NCBI GenBank assembly: GCA_947630195.1
Contig: CANRGQ010000003.1
Coordinates: 1-35,130, forward strand
Length of the DNA: 35,130 bases
Direction of reading: 5' to 3'
Origin: an uncultured Bacilli bacterium
GTDB lineage: Bacteria; Bacillota_I; Bacilli_A; RF39; UBA660
A program made the translations under genes and the position numbers. Below, piece by piece: positions 8,185 to 16,558 of this stretch; positions within the stretch are counted from its first letter, which is position 1, and each line of letters opens with the position of its first letter. The notes below the pieces were generated by a model. It ran no database searches and was not told the DNA's origin. It worked only from the letters and a program-made list of their open reading frames with translations.

Positions 8185-8775
8185 TTACTTAAGGATAGTT
8201 TTAGCGATAATTAAATTTTCACTATCCGCATAATAGTAGTAATTAATATTTAATTCTTCTAGTAAATCTATTACTTCTAAATAGTTTTTACCATATATAT
8301 AAAACTTTTTATTCTTAAATTTCTTTAAGATATCCCTTATAAACTCTTTCGTAAAATTATCATAATCTAAATTTAAAACTTTTATCTTACCCATACCACC
8401 CAAATAAGTAATTCCAAGATAACTATAGTTACTTCTAATTAAAATATCATTTTTCTTTAATTTGAAATAATCTATTTCATTTTTAAAAGTAATCTTTTTA
8501 TAATTTAAAACTTCTAAAGATTCTTTAATAATTCTTTTATCTTCTTTGGTATAACTATCATTTATAATAACTAAGATATTACTACCAAAGAAATTTTTAT
8601 TAAGTTTATTATCTTTAATTATTTTACTATATTTTTTAATAAATTTAATATGATCAATAATATGACCATACTTTAAAGTACCTTTATAAGGAATACTTTT
8701 AATTAGTAAATCTTTTTTGGTATTATATAAGTTAATATAATCATCTAAATATAAAATGTTTTCCAGCATATTCAT
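8185..8775 (-). CDS. Hypothetical 196-aa protein, possibly a degenerate MreB/Mbl-like actin-fold protein
   Basis: Intact ORF; pattern similarity by eye (LKYGHIID...NILVII...TKEDKRIIKESL...KKITFKNE) and position downstream of spoIIQ. Confidence 0.6.
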   Translation of the reverse strand: MNMLENILYLDDYINLYNTKKDLLIKSIPYKGTLKYGHIIDHIKFIKKYSKIIKDNKLNKNFFGSNILVIINDSYTKEDKRIIKESLEVLNYKKITFKNEIDYFKLKKNDILIRSNYSYLGITYLGGMGKIKVLNLDYDNFTKEFIRDILKKFKNKKFYIYGKNYLEVIDLLEELNINYYYYADSENLIIAKTILK

Positions 8776-8796
8776 TTAAAAAATTCCTAAAAGGAA

Positions 8797-9438
8797 TTAA
8801 TTTTCATTATAATCAGTTATTTTACTACCTATAACACTTTCCGGATTTACTAATTTATTATTATGATATACTTCAAGTAAGAATGTTTTTTTATCACTTT
8901 CGATTTCATTATTTTTGGCACTACCAAGGATAGTTTCCGTTGTTATTTCCTCATCTTTTTTAACACTTATATTATCAAGTCCATAATAATAAGATTTTAA
9001 ATTATTTTGGTGTTCTATAACAATACATTTACCAAAAAATTCATCTTCAATAATATCGGTTACTTTACCATTATAGATGCTTCTTACATCAAAGACTTCA
9101 TCACTAGCATATAAAATACCCGTATTAGGTAAATAAGTATTTTCAAAATAAATTAGACTATTTTGTTGTAATTCTTCACTTTCATCCTTGCTATAATAAT
9201 GCACTTTAATATCAGCAGCCCCATCCATAATTGGTTTGGTAATATCACTTACCACATTAGTTTCTTCTTCTAATACAGGAACATCATCATTGTTATCAAG
9301 TATTCCTGTTCCATAATCATAATCTTTATTAGTTAAGGCAATATCTCTTCCCATAAAGATTACTCCTACAAAAATAGTGATTGTTATTAGTAAATATAAA
9401 GTTGGTAAGACAAAACTTTTTAATTTTCTTCTTTTCAT
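8797..9438 (-). CDS. spoIIQ: SpoIIQ-like membrane-anchored M23/LytM protein lacking Zn ligands
   Basis: N-terminal TM (VLPTLYL...), NTYLPNTGILY, IVIEH, LVNPE; follows spoIID; sigmaF-type promoter. Confidence 0.8.
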   Translation of the reverse strand: MKRRKLKSFVLPTLYLLITITIFVGVIFMGRDIALTNKDYDYGTGILDNNDDVPVLEEETNVVSDITKPIMDGAADIKVHYYSKDESEELQQNSLIYFENTYLPNTGILYASDEVFDVRSIYNGKVTDIIEDEFFGKCIVIEHQNNLKSYYYGLDNISVKKDEEITTETILGSAKNNEIESDKKTFLLEVYHNNKLVNPESVIGSKITDYNEN

Positions 9439-9456
9439 TTTCCACCTTCCTACTTA

Positions 9457-9486
9457 AAGTATGAACGGTTTTTTTAATTCTTATAC
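9457..9486 (-). promoter_or_regulatory. SigmaF-type forespore promoter of spoIIQ
   Basis: GTATA-15bp-GTTCATACTT; same layout upstream of spoIIR. Confidence 0.65.
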
Positions 9487-9487
9487 T

Positions 9488-10387
9488 TTAAATAGTGGAA
9501 AATTCAATATTTTGATAATAATATTTTAAAATATCTTGATAATTATATCCCTCACTGGCCATACCATTAGCTCCATACTGACTCATGCCAACCCCATGAC
9601 CATAGCCTTTCGTAGTTATCAAATACTTATCATTATCATTTGTAATTGTAAAATCCGTACTTCGTAAATCTAATTTTTTTCTAACCTCGGTTCCCTTAAA
9701 AGTAACGCCATTTATCGTAATCTTATTTACTCTTCCCGTTTCACTTCTTTCAATATTTGCAATATTTATATTATCACAACTAATATTTAATTTCGTACAT
9801 ATTTCATTCTTTGTAAATTCTTTAGTTACCTCAAAATTTTTTAAATCACTTTCATAATTTGATTCCACACTTTGTAAATAATCTCTGTCACTGGCAAAGA
9901 CTAAACTACTTTTTTCGGTATACCCATTACTCATGGCAAAGTAGTAAGCTTCGATTACTTCACCATCGTAAGTCATAACTTCTCCTTTGGTATTATCGAC
10001 AGCTAATTTTACTTTATCATAATACTTATTAAAATCACTTCCCCATTTAGTTTTCATTTCATCAACAGTAATATAACTTTGGTTAGAAACGTCTGTTACT
10101 ACATCAAAATCACCCGTACTAGTATTGATTTTATAGATAGCATAAGTTCTGGACGCGACGGCTTGAGCCTTCAAAGCTTCTTCATTAAAAGATGCCGGCA
10201 TTTCAGCGGCCACAACTCCCACAATGTAATCTTCAATATTTAAAGTTTTAAGTAAATTATTTTTATCTTTAACTACAATCTTTTTACTAGCTTCCGTATT
10301 AAAAAAAGTAGTAACTTCTCTACTACTTACATATACCAATACAAAACTTAAAATTATTACTACTATTAGTAAAATTTTATTTTGCAT
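9488..10387 (-). CDS. spoIID: Stage II sporulation protein D (lytic transglycosylase)
   Basis: GVVAAEMPASF, EALKAQAVASRTY, GYGHGVGMSQYGA. Confidence 0.95.
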   Translation of the reverse strand: MQNKILLIVVIILSFVLVYVSSREVTTFFNTEASKKIVVKDKNNLLKTLNIEDYIVGVVAAEMPASFNEEALKAQAVASRTYAIYKINTSTGDFDVVTDVSNQSYITVDEMKTKWGSDFNKYYDKVKLAVDNTKGEVMTYDGEVIEAYYFAMSNGYTEKSSLVFASDRDYLQSVESNYESDLKNFEVTKEFTKNEICTKLNISCDNINIANIERSETGRVNKITINGVTFKGTEVRKKLDLRSTDFTITNDNDKYLITTKGYGHGVGMSQYGANGMASEGYNYQDILKYYYQNIEFSTI

Positions 10388-10399
10388 AATTTTTCTCCT

Positions 10400-10585
10400 T
10401 TATAAATTTAAAAAATCTAAAACAAAATTTGTGAGTAAATAAGACATCGCTATACTCAAAGCCATAATAAGTAGTTTAGCCTCTACTACTTTATTTTTCT
10501 TCATTATCTTTTCAAAATTTACTCCCGAAAAGATAAAGATACTTAAGAATAAAAATATAGCATAGAAATATATTCTATAGTTCAT
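10400..10585 (-). CDS. ywzB: DUF1146/YwzB family small membrane protein
   Basis: Two TM segments, NFEKIMKKN loop, YLLTNF end; ATG 10585 after GGAGA; syntenic. Confidence 0.75.
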   Translation of the reverse strand: MNYRIYFYAIFLFLSIFIFSGVNFEKIMKKNKVVEAKLLIMALSIAMSYLLTNFVLDFLNL

Positions 10586-11030
10586 TATATTCTCCATTTT
10601 CATAATCTATGATTTTACTAACTCTTTTTAAGTAACGATCAATGTCTGCTGGTTTAGTCGAAATAAAAGTATCAACTATTTCTTTAGCTAAAGGTAGTCC
10701 TAAATTGGCTCCAATGGCTAAAACATTGCAGCCATTATGGTTTTTACCTTTAAAAGCATCATCTGTACTCGTGGCTCTTACACATCTAATACCTTTTACT
10801 TTATTCGCCGCAATACTCATACCTACCCCATTACCACAAATAAGAATGCCTAAAGCCCCTGGTGTTCTACTAACTAAATCTCCCAACTTAAATGCAAAAT
10901 CAGGATAATCATCTAACTCACTATTTTCCATTCCTATTTCTTCAACATTAATTCCGTTGTTACTTAAATGTTTAATTAAATCTTTTTTTAAATCTACTCC
11001 TAAATGATCACAAGCCATATATAAAGTCAT
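10575..11030 (-). CDS. rpiB: Ribose-5-phosphate isomerase B (RpiB/LacAB family)
   Basis: CDHLG, DYPD, GILICGNGVGMSIAANKVKGIR, HNGCNVL. Confidence 0.93.
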   Translation of the reverse strand: MTLYMACDHLGVDLKKDLIKHLSNNGINVEEIGMENSELDDYPDFAFKLGDLVSRTPGALGILICGNGVGMSIAANKVKGIRCVRATSTDDAFKGKNHNGCNVLAIGANLGLPLAKEIVDTFISTKPADIDRYLKRVSKIIDYENGEYNEL

Positions 11031-11110
11031 TTAATCACTCTCCTATATTAATTATACCAAATAATCAAGAATAATTTTTATTTTATTTTAAATTTGACAT
11101 TATTTATATA

Positions 11111-11890
11111 TTATACCGCTAATGGTTTAGTTAATTCATTTATATTTTGTTTTATATTAGTATAATAGTTTTTAATTTTACTTAATATTTCTTTCTTATC
11201 GTTATCACTAATCTTCGCTTTTTTCTTATCAATATAATAAGGCATCTTGATTCTTCTCACACTAACATTGGCTAAGTTTTCTATTTTAACAGTCCCTAAC
11301 TTTTTATATTCTAAATCATAATGATAGAAATATTTATCACTTTCTCTTTTACTAGTAATAGGTATAACTGTCCACATCTCTTTATCATTTGAATAACGCC
11401 ACAATATCGCTGGTCTTAACTTTCTCAGTTCATTTCCTATATTATAGCCAAAATCAATCCAACAAATATCAAAATTATGATAACTATACTTATTTATTTC
11501 TTCTTTTTCTTTTATTATTAACTCTAATTTATCTTTGCACCATTTCACATAAGATAAGCCATTATTATCATTTTTTGTGTGTCTATTAATAAAATCTAAT
11601 AAATACTCTTTGGTAATTGATATAACACTCTTTAATTCTTTATCTTTAACTTTAACCATTTCTTTATTTAAAATCATTCTTTTTTCCACAATACTATTAC
11701 TATAATCATTTACTTCACTCGGACTTGCAAACTTATTAATTGAGGGAATATATACCCTTCCATACCCATCAAAATCATATACAGGAACCCCTACAAAATG
11801 ATTAAAAGATATCTTATATAAAACTAATATCCATTTTATTTTATCATTTTGATTCACTTTCCAAATTTCTTTTTCGCAAATTATAGCCAT
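11111..11890 (-). CDS. PemK/MazF-like endoribonuclease-domain protein with N-terminal extension
   Basis: DICWIDFGYNIGNELRKLRPAILW, VIPITS, VSVRRI; ATG 11890 after GAGGTGG preferred; no MazE-like gene adjacent. Confidence 0.8.
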   Translation of the reverse strand: MAIICEKEIWKVNQNDKIKWILVLYKISFNHFVGVPVYDFDGYGRVYIPSINKFASPSEVNDYSNSIVEKRMILNKEMVKVKDKELKSVISITKEYLLDFINRHTKNDNNGLSYVKWCKDKLELIIKEKEEINKYSYHNFDICWIDFGYNIGNELRKLRPAILWRYSNDKEMWTVIPITSKRESDKYFYHYDLEYKKLGTVKIENLANVSVRRIKMPYYIDKKKAKISDNDKKEILSKIKNYYTNIKQNINELTKPLAV

Positions 11891-11967
11891 ATATATCCAC
11901 CTCACTTTCTGTTAGTAATTTAATCTTATCACACAAATTTTTGTTTGTAAAGCAAATTTGATATATA

Positions 11968-11996
11968 TTGCAAAATTTTAGATATTATGCTAAAAT
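11968..11996 (+). promoter_or_regulatory. SigmaA promoter of putative antitoxin RNA
   Basis: TTGCAA-17bp-TAAAAT with TG extension; no SD-led plus-strand ORF downstream. Confidence 0.65.
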
Positions 11997-12002
11997 GTAT
12001 AT

Positions 12003-12119
12003 GTCAAAAGAAATTTACATAAAATAAAAAAAGGGAAATACTTAACTTGGCTCGTTGAGTACTTACCTTAAAAATTTAGGGTTGTACTTGATCTTGGATG
12101 GTTGAGTACTTATTTTTTT
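12003..12119 (+). ncRNA. Putative type I antitoxin antisense RNA (~115 nt)
   Basis: Promoter at 11968-11996; terminal hairpin GUACUUGAUC/GGUUGAGUAC (12084-12109, three G-U pairs valid only on + strand) followed by U-run; overlaps toxin mRNA 3' end. Confidence 0.55.
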
Positions 12120-12199
12120 ATTATCATAAATAATAATGATGAAGTTAACAGGAAGATAATAAGTATTAATGAAGTGATTAACAAATCCTTTTTCTTCAT
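12110..12199 (-). CDS. 29-aa hydrophobic peptide MKKKDLLITSLILIIFLLTSSLLFMIIKK, putative type I toxin (absent from ORF track)
   Basis: AAAGGAGG SD partly within a CTTTCT-TTAT-AGAAAG hairpin; single TM with basic ends; own promoter; flanking inverted repeats. Confidence 0.75.
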   Translation of the reverse strand: MKKKDLLITSLILIIFLLTSSLLFMIIKK

Positions 12200-12266
12200 A
12201 ATACCAGCCCTCCTTTCTATAAAGAAAGTAGGCAAGTACTCAACAGTTAAGCATTTCCTAACATTA

Positions 12267-12295
12267 ATTATATATCATAATTGAAACTATTACAA
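12267..12295 (-). promoter_or_regulatory. SigmaA promoter of the peptide gene
   Basis: TTGTAA-17bp-TATAAT. Confidence 0.7.
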
Positions 12296-12347
12296 GCGAA
12301 CAAATCCTGTTTTTTTTATAAAATAAAAAGAGTAAATTCCTTTGCTC

Positions 12348-12557
12348 TTAGTTAGCTTTATCAAAGCCATATTTTTTATTAAATTTTTCAATATTTCCAG
12401 TTTTCTTTGCTTTTCCTTGCGCACCAGTATAGAATGGATGACATTCACTACAAACTTCAACATGAATTTCATCTTTTACTGATTTAGTTTTAAATGTTGC
12501 TCCACAAGCACATTTAACTGTACAATCTTTTAATTCTGGATGAATATTTGCTTTCAT
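12348..12557 (-). CDS. rpmE: 50S ribosomal protein L31 (zinc-binding type)
   Basis: [29 protein letters not shown]. Confidence 0.97.
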   Translation of the reverse strand: MKANIHPELKDCTVKCACGATFKTKSVKDEIHVEVCSECHPFYTGAQGKAKKTGNIEKFNKKYGFDKAN

Positions 12558-12630
12558 TATTTCTCTCCCTTCGCCATACTATTCTTATAGTATAGAAACT
12601 TTTTCGTTCTTTAGTATTATACCATATTTT

Positions 12631-12873
12631 TTAAATATCGCAAGACTCTTCCTTAATTTCTTTTTGTGGTTGTCTAATTCTTTTCCGAGAAATGATTTGA
12701 CTTTTTCCGAAATTTTCCTTATCTTTTTCGATATTTTCATCTTCTAGCTCTTCAAAAGACATCTCACTTGGTAAGATTTTGGCTTCATTAATTTTAAATG
12801 CTGCCACTCCCAGTAAAACACTTACTAATAAAACATTAGCCACTAATCTTTCTTTAATACTTATACTATCCAT
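12631..12873 (-). CDS. Small single-pass membrane protein (~80 aa)
   Basis: ATG 12873 after GGGTGG; TM LVANVLLVSVLLGVAAF then charged tail. Confidence 0.55.
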   Translation of the reverse strand: MDSISIKERLVANVLLVSVLLGVAAFKINEAKILPSEMSFEELEDENIEKDKENFGKSQIISRKRIRQPQKEIKEESCDI

Positions 12874-12922
12874 AAAACCACCCGTGCTTAATATCTTAAC
12901 ACATTTGGCATTATTTAACAAC

Positions 12923-13606
12923 TTAAATCGAATGAATTATAACTTCGGCGAGTTCTTTATGCCCTAAATAGTTATAGTAAAAGCTATTCTCACTGGCAAA
13001 AAACTTTTTATTTAACATTAAATCAATAATATTTATGAATGTTAAATCATATTTAAGAGCCATATTACTTACTTCGGAATTTAAAATAATGGCATTACTT
13101 TTACTTAAATATTTATTTTCATAAAAACCAATAACGACTATTTTGGCTTCACTTATTTTTTTAATTTCTTGAATCAAAGTTTGATAATACTCTAAAAATT
13201 CCTCTAGTTCTTCTTTGGTTAAATCATTGGTCATACTCATCTTAACAAGTTCTTCTTCCCCCATATTAATGATTACTAAGTTAGCCTTATGAATATCTTG
13301 TTTAATGGTTAAATCAGTTTTTTTATCTATTACGTTATTATTTAAATCCGCAAGTAATTCTTCTATTTTATAATTTTTCTTCACAAAACTCGTATTATAA
13401 GATTTTAAATTATTTTTCCCTTCTAAATATTCTTTTAAATAGTCATTATAACTAATCCCATCAATATTATAATAAGTTTCCCCACTTGAAGTGCCATCGC
13501 CAAGTGACACTATTCTTAACTTTTCTTCTTTATTAAAAAAATAAATAAAATACGCAAGTATTATACTAAGTAAAATAATAATTATTAACTTATAGAGTCT
13601 CCGCAA
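12923..13606 (-). CDS. Membrane-anchored SGNH/GDSL-fold protein with degenerate catalytic motifs
   Basis: N-terminal TM; block I SLGDG, block III NMGEEEL, block V NSFYYNYLGH. Confidence 0.75.
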   Translation of the reverse strand: MRRLYKLIIIILLSIILAYFIYFFNKEEKLRIVSLGDGTSSGETYYNIDGISYNDYLKEYLEGKNNLKSYNTSFVKKNYKIEELLADLNNNVIDKKTDLTIKQDIHKANLVIINMGEEELVKMSMTNDLTKEELEEFLEYYQTLIQEIKKISEAKIVVIGFYENKYLSKSNAIILNSEVSNMALKYDLTFINIIDLMLNKKFFASENSFYYNYLGHKELAEVIIHSI

Positions 13607-13643
13607 GTAAATACCCCCAAAATAAAATGTAGACTATACTACA

Positions 13644-14897
13644 TTATATTTCTTCAATATCTATTTTAGCACCCACATTACTTAATTTATGGATGATATT
13701 TTCATATCCTCTTAAGATATAATCAATATCATAAATCATCGTGGTACCTTCCGCAATAAGGCCGGCTAAGATAAGGGCTGCTCCTCCTCTTAGGTCAGTC
13801 GCGTTTATTTCGGTTCCTTTTAAAACACTTTTGCCTTTAATCTCGGCTTTTAAACCATCAAGTTTAATGTCCGCTCCCATCTTTTGTAAATATGGGTAGT
13901 GTCCTACTCTATTTTCCCAAATAGTTTCTTCCATATGACTTACACCTTCCGCTTGGGTAAGTAAAACACTCATTGGTTGACCAAGATCTGTTGGAAAACC
14001 TGGGTATACTAAAGTCGTAATATCTACCGGTTTTAAATGTTCACATCTATTTAAAGTAATAGAATGACCTTCTATTTTATATTCCACACCCATTTCTTTT
14101 AATTTATTAAGTAAAGCTGCATTATGTTCCGGAATAATCCCCTCTACACAAAGGTTATCCCCAAGAAGGGCTCCCATTAAAATGTAAGTACCAGCTTCAA
14201 TTCGGTCCGGAATAACTTCTATTTCCGCACCATGTAATTTTTCTACTCCATTAATGGTAATAGTATCCGTTCCCGCTCCTTTAATATCGGCTCCCATTTT
14301 ATTTAAGAAGTCCATTATATTAATTATTTCCACTTCTTTCGCCGCATTTTTAATAACAGTAGTACCTTTAGCAAGGGTAGCGGCAAACATAATGTTAATC
14401 GTGGCTCCAACTGAAGCAAAATCTAAAGTTATTTCAGCACCTTTTAAATCTTCCGCATCTAAAATATATTTATGGCCTCTTTTGGTAACTTTAGCCCCCA
14501 TCGCTTTAAATCCTTTTAAATGTAAATCAATAGGTCTACTTCCTATATTACATCCTCCTGGAAAATACATCTCGACATGTTTATATTTACCAAGTAATAC
14601 TCCCATAAAATAATAAGAGGCTCTAAGTTTAACACTTAACTCTTGACTAATTAAAACATTTTTTAAATTAGTCGTATCTATCTTTATTGTTTTACCATTT
14701 TGTTCGATATCACAATTAAGTAATCTTACAATATCAAATAAAGCATCTCTATCGGTAATATTCGGGACATTTTTAATGGTACTTACCCCATCTGCTAAAA
14801 GGGATGCGGGAATTAAGGCTACCGCACTGTTTTTAGCACCCCCAATAGAAATATTTCCTTTTAAAAGGTTTCCACCTTCAATAACAATTCTCTCCAA
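13644..14897 (-). CDS. murAB: UDP-N-acetylglucosamine 1-carboxyvinyltransferase, MurAB/MurZ-type
   Basis: GAKNSAVALIPA, KLRASYY, PGGCNIGSRPIDLH (catalytic Cys), YPGFPTDL, ATDLRGG; near rpmE as in Bacillus. Confidence 0.93.
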   Translation of the reverse strand: MERIVIEGGNLLKGNISIGGAKNSAVALIPASLLADGVSTIKNVPNITDRDALFDIVRLLNCDIEQNGKTIKIDTTNLKNVLISQELSVKLRASYYFMGVLLGKYKHVEMYFPGGCNIGSRPIDLHLKGFKAMGAKVTKRGHKYILDAEDLKGAEITLDFASVGATINIMFAATLAKGTTVIKNAAKEVEIINIMDFLNKMGADIKGAGTDTITINGVEKLHGAEIEVIPDRIEAGTYILMGALLGDNLCVEGIIPEHNAALLNKLKEMGVEYKIEGHSITLNRCEHLKPVDITTLVYPGFPTDLGQPMSVLLTQAEGVSHMEETIWENRVGHYPYLQKMGADIKLDGLKAEIKGKSVLKGTEINATDLRGGAALILAGLIAEGTTMIYDIDYILRGYENIIHKLSNVGAKIDIEEI

Positions 14898-15038
14898 AAA
14901 AACACCTTCTTTTATTAACCTAGGCCCTTTACTATTATTTATGTTTTAATAGTAAATTTTGTGAGTAAATAAAAACAAATAATAGTAGTTTATATTTGTT
15001 TATATACCTAACCGAGTTATTCGGTTTTTCCTAAGATT

Positions 15039-15067
15039 ATCATACTTTTTTTAAAGGCATTTGTCAA
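15039..15067 (-). promoter_or_regulatory. SigmaA promoter of murAB, giving a ~135-nt leader
   Basis: TTGACA-17bp-TATGAT. Confidence 0.65.
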
Positions 15068-15084
15068 TAAAATTAAGATAATTT

Positions 15085-15252
15085 TTAGATTAATAATGTA
15101 TATTTAAGATATTCATAAAAACTTAATTCATAAGGACTTAAAATATCCTTAGTTAAAAAGCTATTAATTATTATGTATCCAAGGATAACTTCAATTAAAA
15201 AGAGGATTATATTTATTATAATAAAAGTTCTTTTTGATATGTATTTAGGCAT
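15085..15252 (-). CDS. Unannotated 55-aa membrane protein MPKYISKRTFIIINIILFLIEVILGYIIINSFLTKDILSPYELSFYEYLKYTLLI
   Basis: AGGTGA SD 5 nt before ATG; open frame in very AT-rich DNA; one TM; co-oriented with neighbours. Confidence 0.55.
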   Translation of the reverse strand: MPKYISKRTFIIINIILFLIEVILGYIIINSFLTKDILSPYELSFYEYLKYTLLI

Positions 15253-15292
15253 CATTATCACCTAAATACATATTGATATATTATTTCTTATT

Positions 15293-15829
15293 TTATGCAA
15301 ATAAATGCATAATTCCTAATATAAATAATAAAACTATCCCAAAGATATTACCATATATTCCCAAGACTTTACTACTGTATTTACCGATTAATAAACCTAA
15401 ATAAGTAATGAGTCCGGCACACATACTAAAGATAAATCCCGCCATTATAACATTATCTGTTATGGCACTTAAACCAAGACCTGTCGAAAAACTATCTAAA
15501 CTTACCGATATACTTACTAAAAACATATTAATTACACTTAAATCAAAATTATCTTTTTCTTTACTAAATAAACTTATTACCATTTCAATACCTATTAGTA
15601 AAAGAATTAAACCCAGTAATATATTTACTTTGATATTTAAAAAGTTAACTATTTTTTCTCCCAATATATTTCCTATTATAGGCATAAAGAAATGCATTAT
15701 ACCGACCATTAAACTAAATATTAATATCTTTCTTTTACTTATATTAAAAGAACCAATAGATAAACTAATAGAAAAAGTGTCCATAGATAAAGAAATCCCA
15801 ATTAAAAATAAAGATATTATTATAGACAC
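15293..15829 (-). CDS. mntP: MntP/YtaF family membrane protein (putative Mn efflux; YwlD position)
   Basis: Duplicated LSMDTFS / VSLDSFS motifs, about 6 TM; follows spoIIR. Confidence 0.8.
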   Translation of the reverse strand: MSIIISLFLIGISLSMDTFSISLSIGSFNISKRKILIFSLMVGIMHFFMPIIGNILGEKIVNFLNIKVNILLGLILLLIGIEMVISLFSKEKDNFDLSVINMFLVSISVSLDSFSTGLGLSAITDNVIMAGFIFSMCAGLITYLGLLIGKYSSKVLGIYGNIFGIVLLFILGIMHLFA

Positions 15830-15857
15830 TTAAATCACCTAATTAAATATATTTATT

Positions 15858-16361
15858 TTATTTAAATTTATTAATTACTTCGCTTACATAAAAACTATAT
15901 TCAGCATTACTTAAATCACTTTGTTCATCTAACAAACATAAAGGAGGAAATAATACACACCACCAATTATGCCCTAAACCTTTACCTAAAGTTATAACTA
16001 AACTTTCATAATTACCTTCATCATATTTATAGCCTTTATAGTATTTCTCAGGAAAATAATTATCCCCATAACTTATCCCATAAGTAATATCATACTTCTC
16101 TAAGATACTATCCACATTACTTATGTTATTTTTTATTAAACTTCTCGCTTCACTTATATTTTTAGCTTTACTTACAACTTTAAATAACTCATCTTCTACT
16201 TCATCTTTTATTTTATTTTTTAACTCTTGATCTTCTAATTCATCACTATTTGCTATAATTCTAAATCTAATTGCCTCACTTGGTATTAAAACATTTTCTT
16301 TATTACTTATAAATAAACATACTACCACAATGACAAATAATATAACTATACCTTTTTTCAT
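15858..16361 (-). CDS. spoIIR: Stage II sporulation protein R
   Basis: IRFRIIANSD, FPEKYY, GNYESLVITLGKGLGHNWWCVLFPPLC. Confidence 0.95.
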   Translation of the reverse strand: MKKGIVILFVIVVVCLFISNKENVLIPSEAIRFRIIANSDELEDQELKNKIKDEVEDELFKVVSKAKNISEARSLIKNNISNVDSILEKYDITYGISYGDNYFPEKYYKGYKYDEGNYESLVITLGKGLGHNWWCVLFPPLCLLDEQSDLSNAEYSFYVSEVINKFK

Positions 16362-16376
16362 ATATCCACCTAGTTA

Positions 16377-16406
16377 CATAATGAACATATTATTTGTTTT
16401 TTATAC
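16377..16406 (-). promoter_or_regulatory. SigmaF-type forespore promoter of spoIIR
   Basis: GTATA-15bp-GTTCATTATG. Confidence 0.6.
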
Positions 16407-16472
16407 AAAAAGAGAATGAGTTTTATTTTATTTATTCTCACTTTCTATAAATACATAGATTATAAAATTTCG

Positions 16473-16556
16473 GTGCCGGTAATATTTTATATAAATATAT
16501 ATAATATTCTTCTACCGGCACGCCTTTAATTTTCGCCATATGGCCGCCTTGGGCGA
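16473..16556. repeat. GC-rich hairpin cluster directly after the 394-aa gene
   Basis: GTGCCGGTA (16473-16481)/TACCGGCAC (16513-16521) around a self-complementary AT stretch; GCCATATGGC and CGCC-TTG-GGCG hairpins within 16535-16555. Confidence 0.7.
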
Positions 16557-16558
16557 TA

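Noticed and set aside
12102-12284. 60-aa plus-strand ORF
   Set aside because: Antisense shadow of the 29-aa peptide locus; TTG start lies inside the antisense terminator with no clear SD.
12290-12472. 60-aa minus-strand ORF overlapping rpmE
   Set aside because: Alternative frame within rpmE.
10428-14972. Shared 15-mer TTTGTGAGTAAATAA in ywzB and the murAB leader
   Set aside because: Single AT-rich match, plausible by chance; no flanking similarity.
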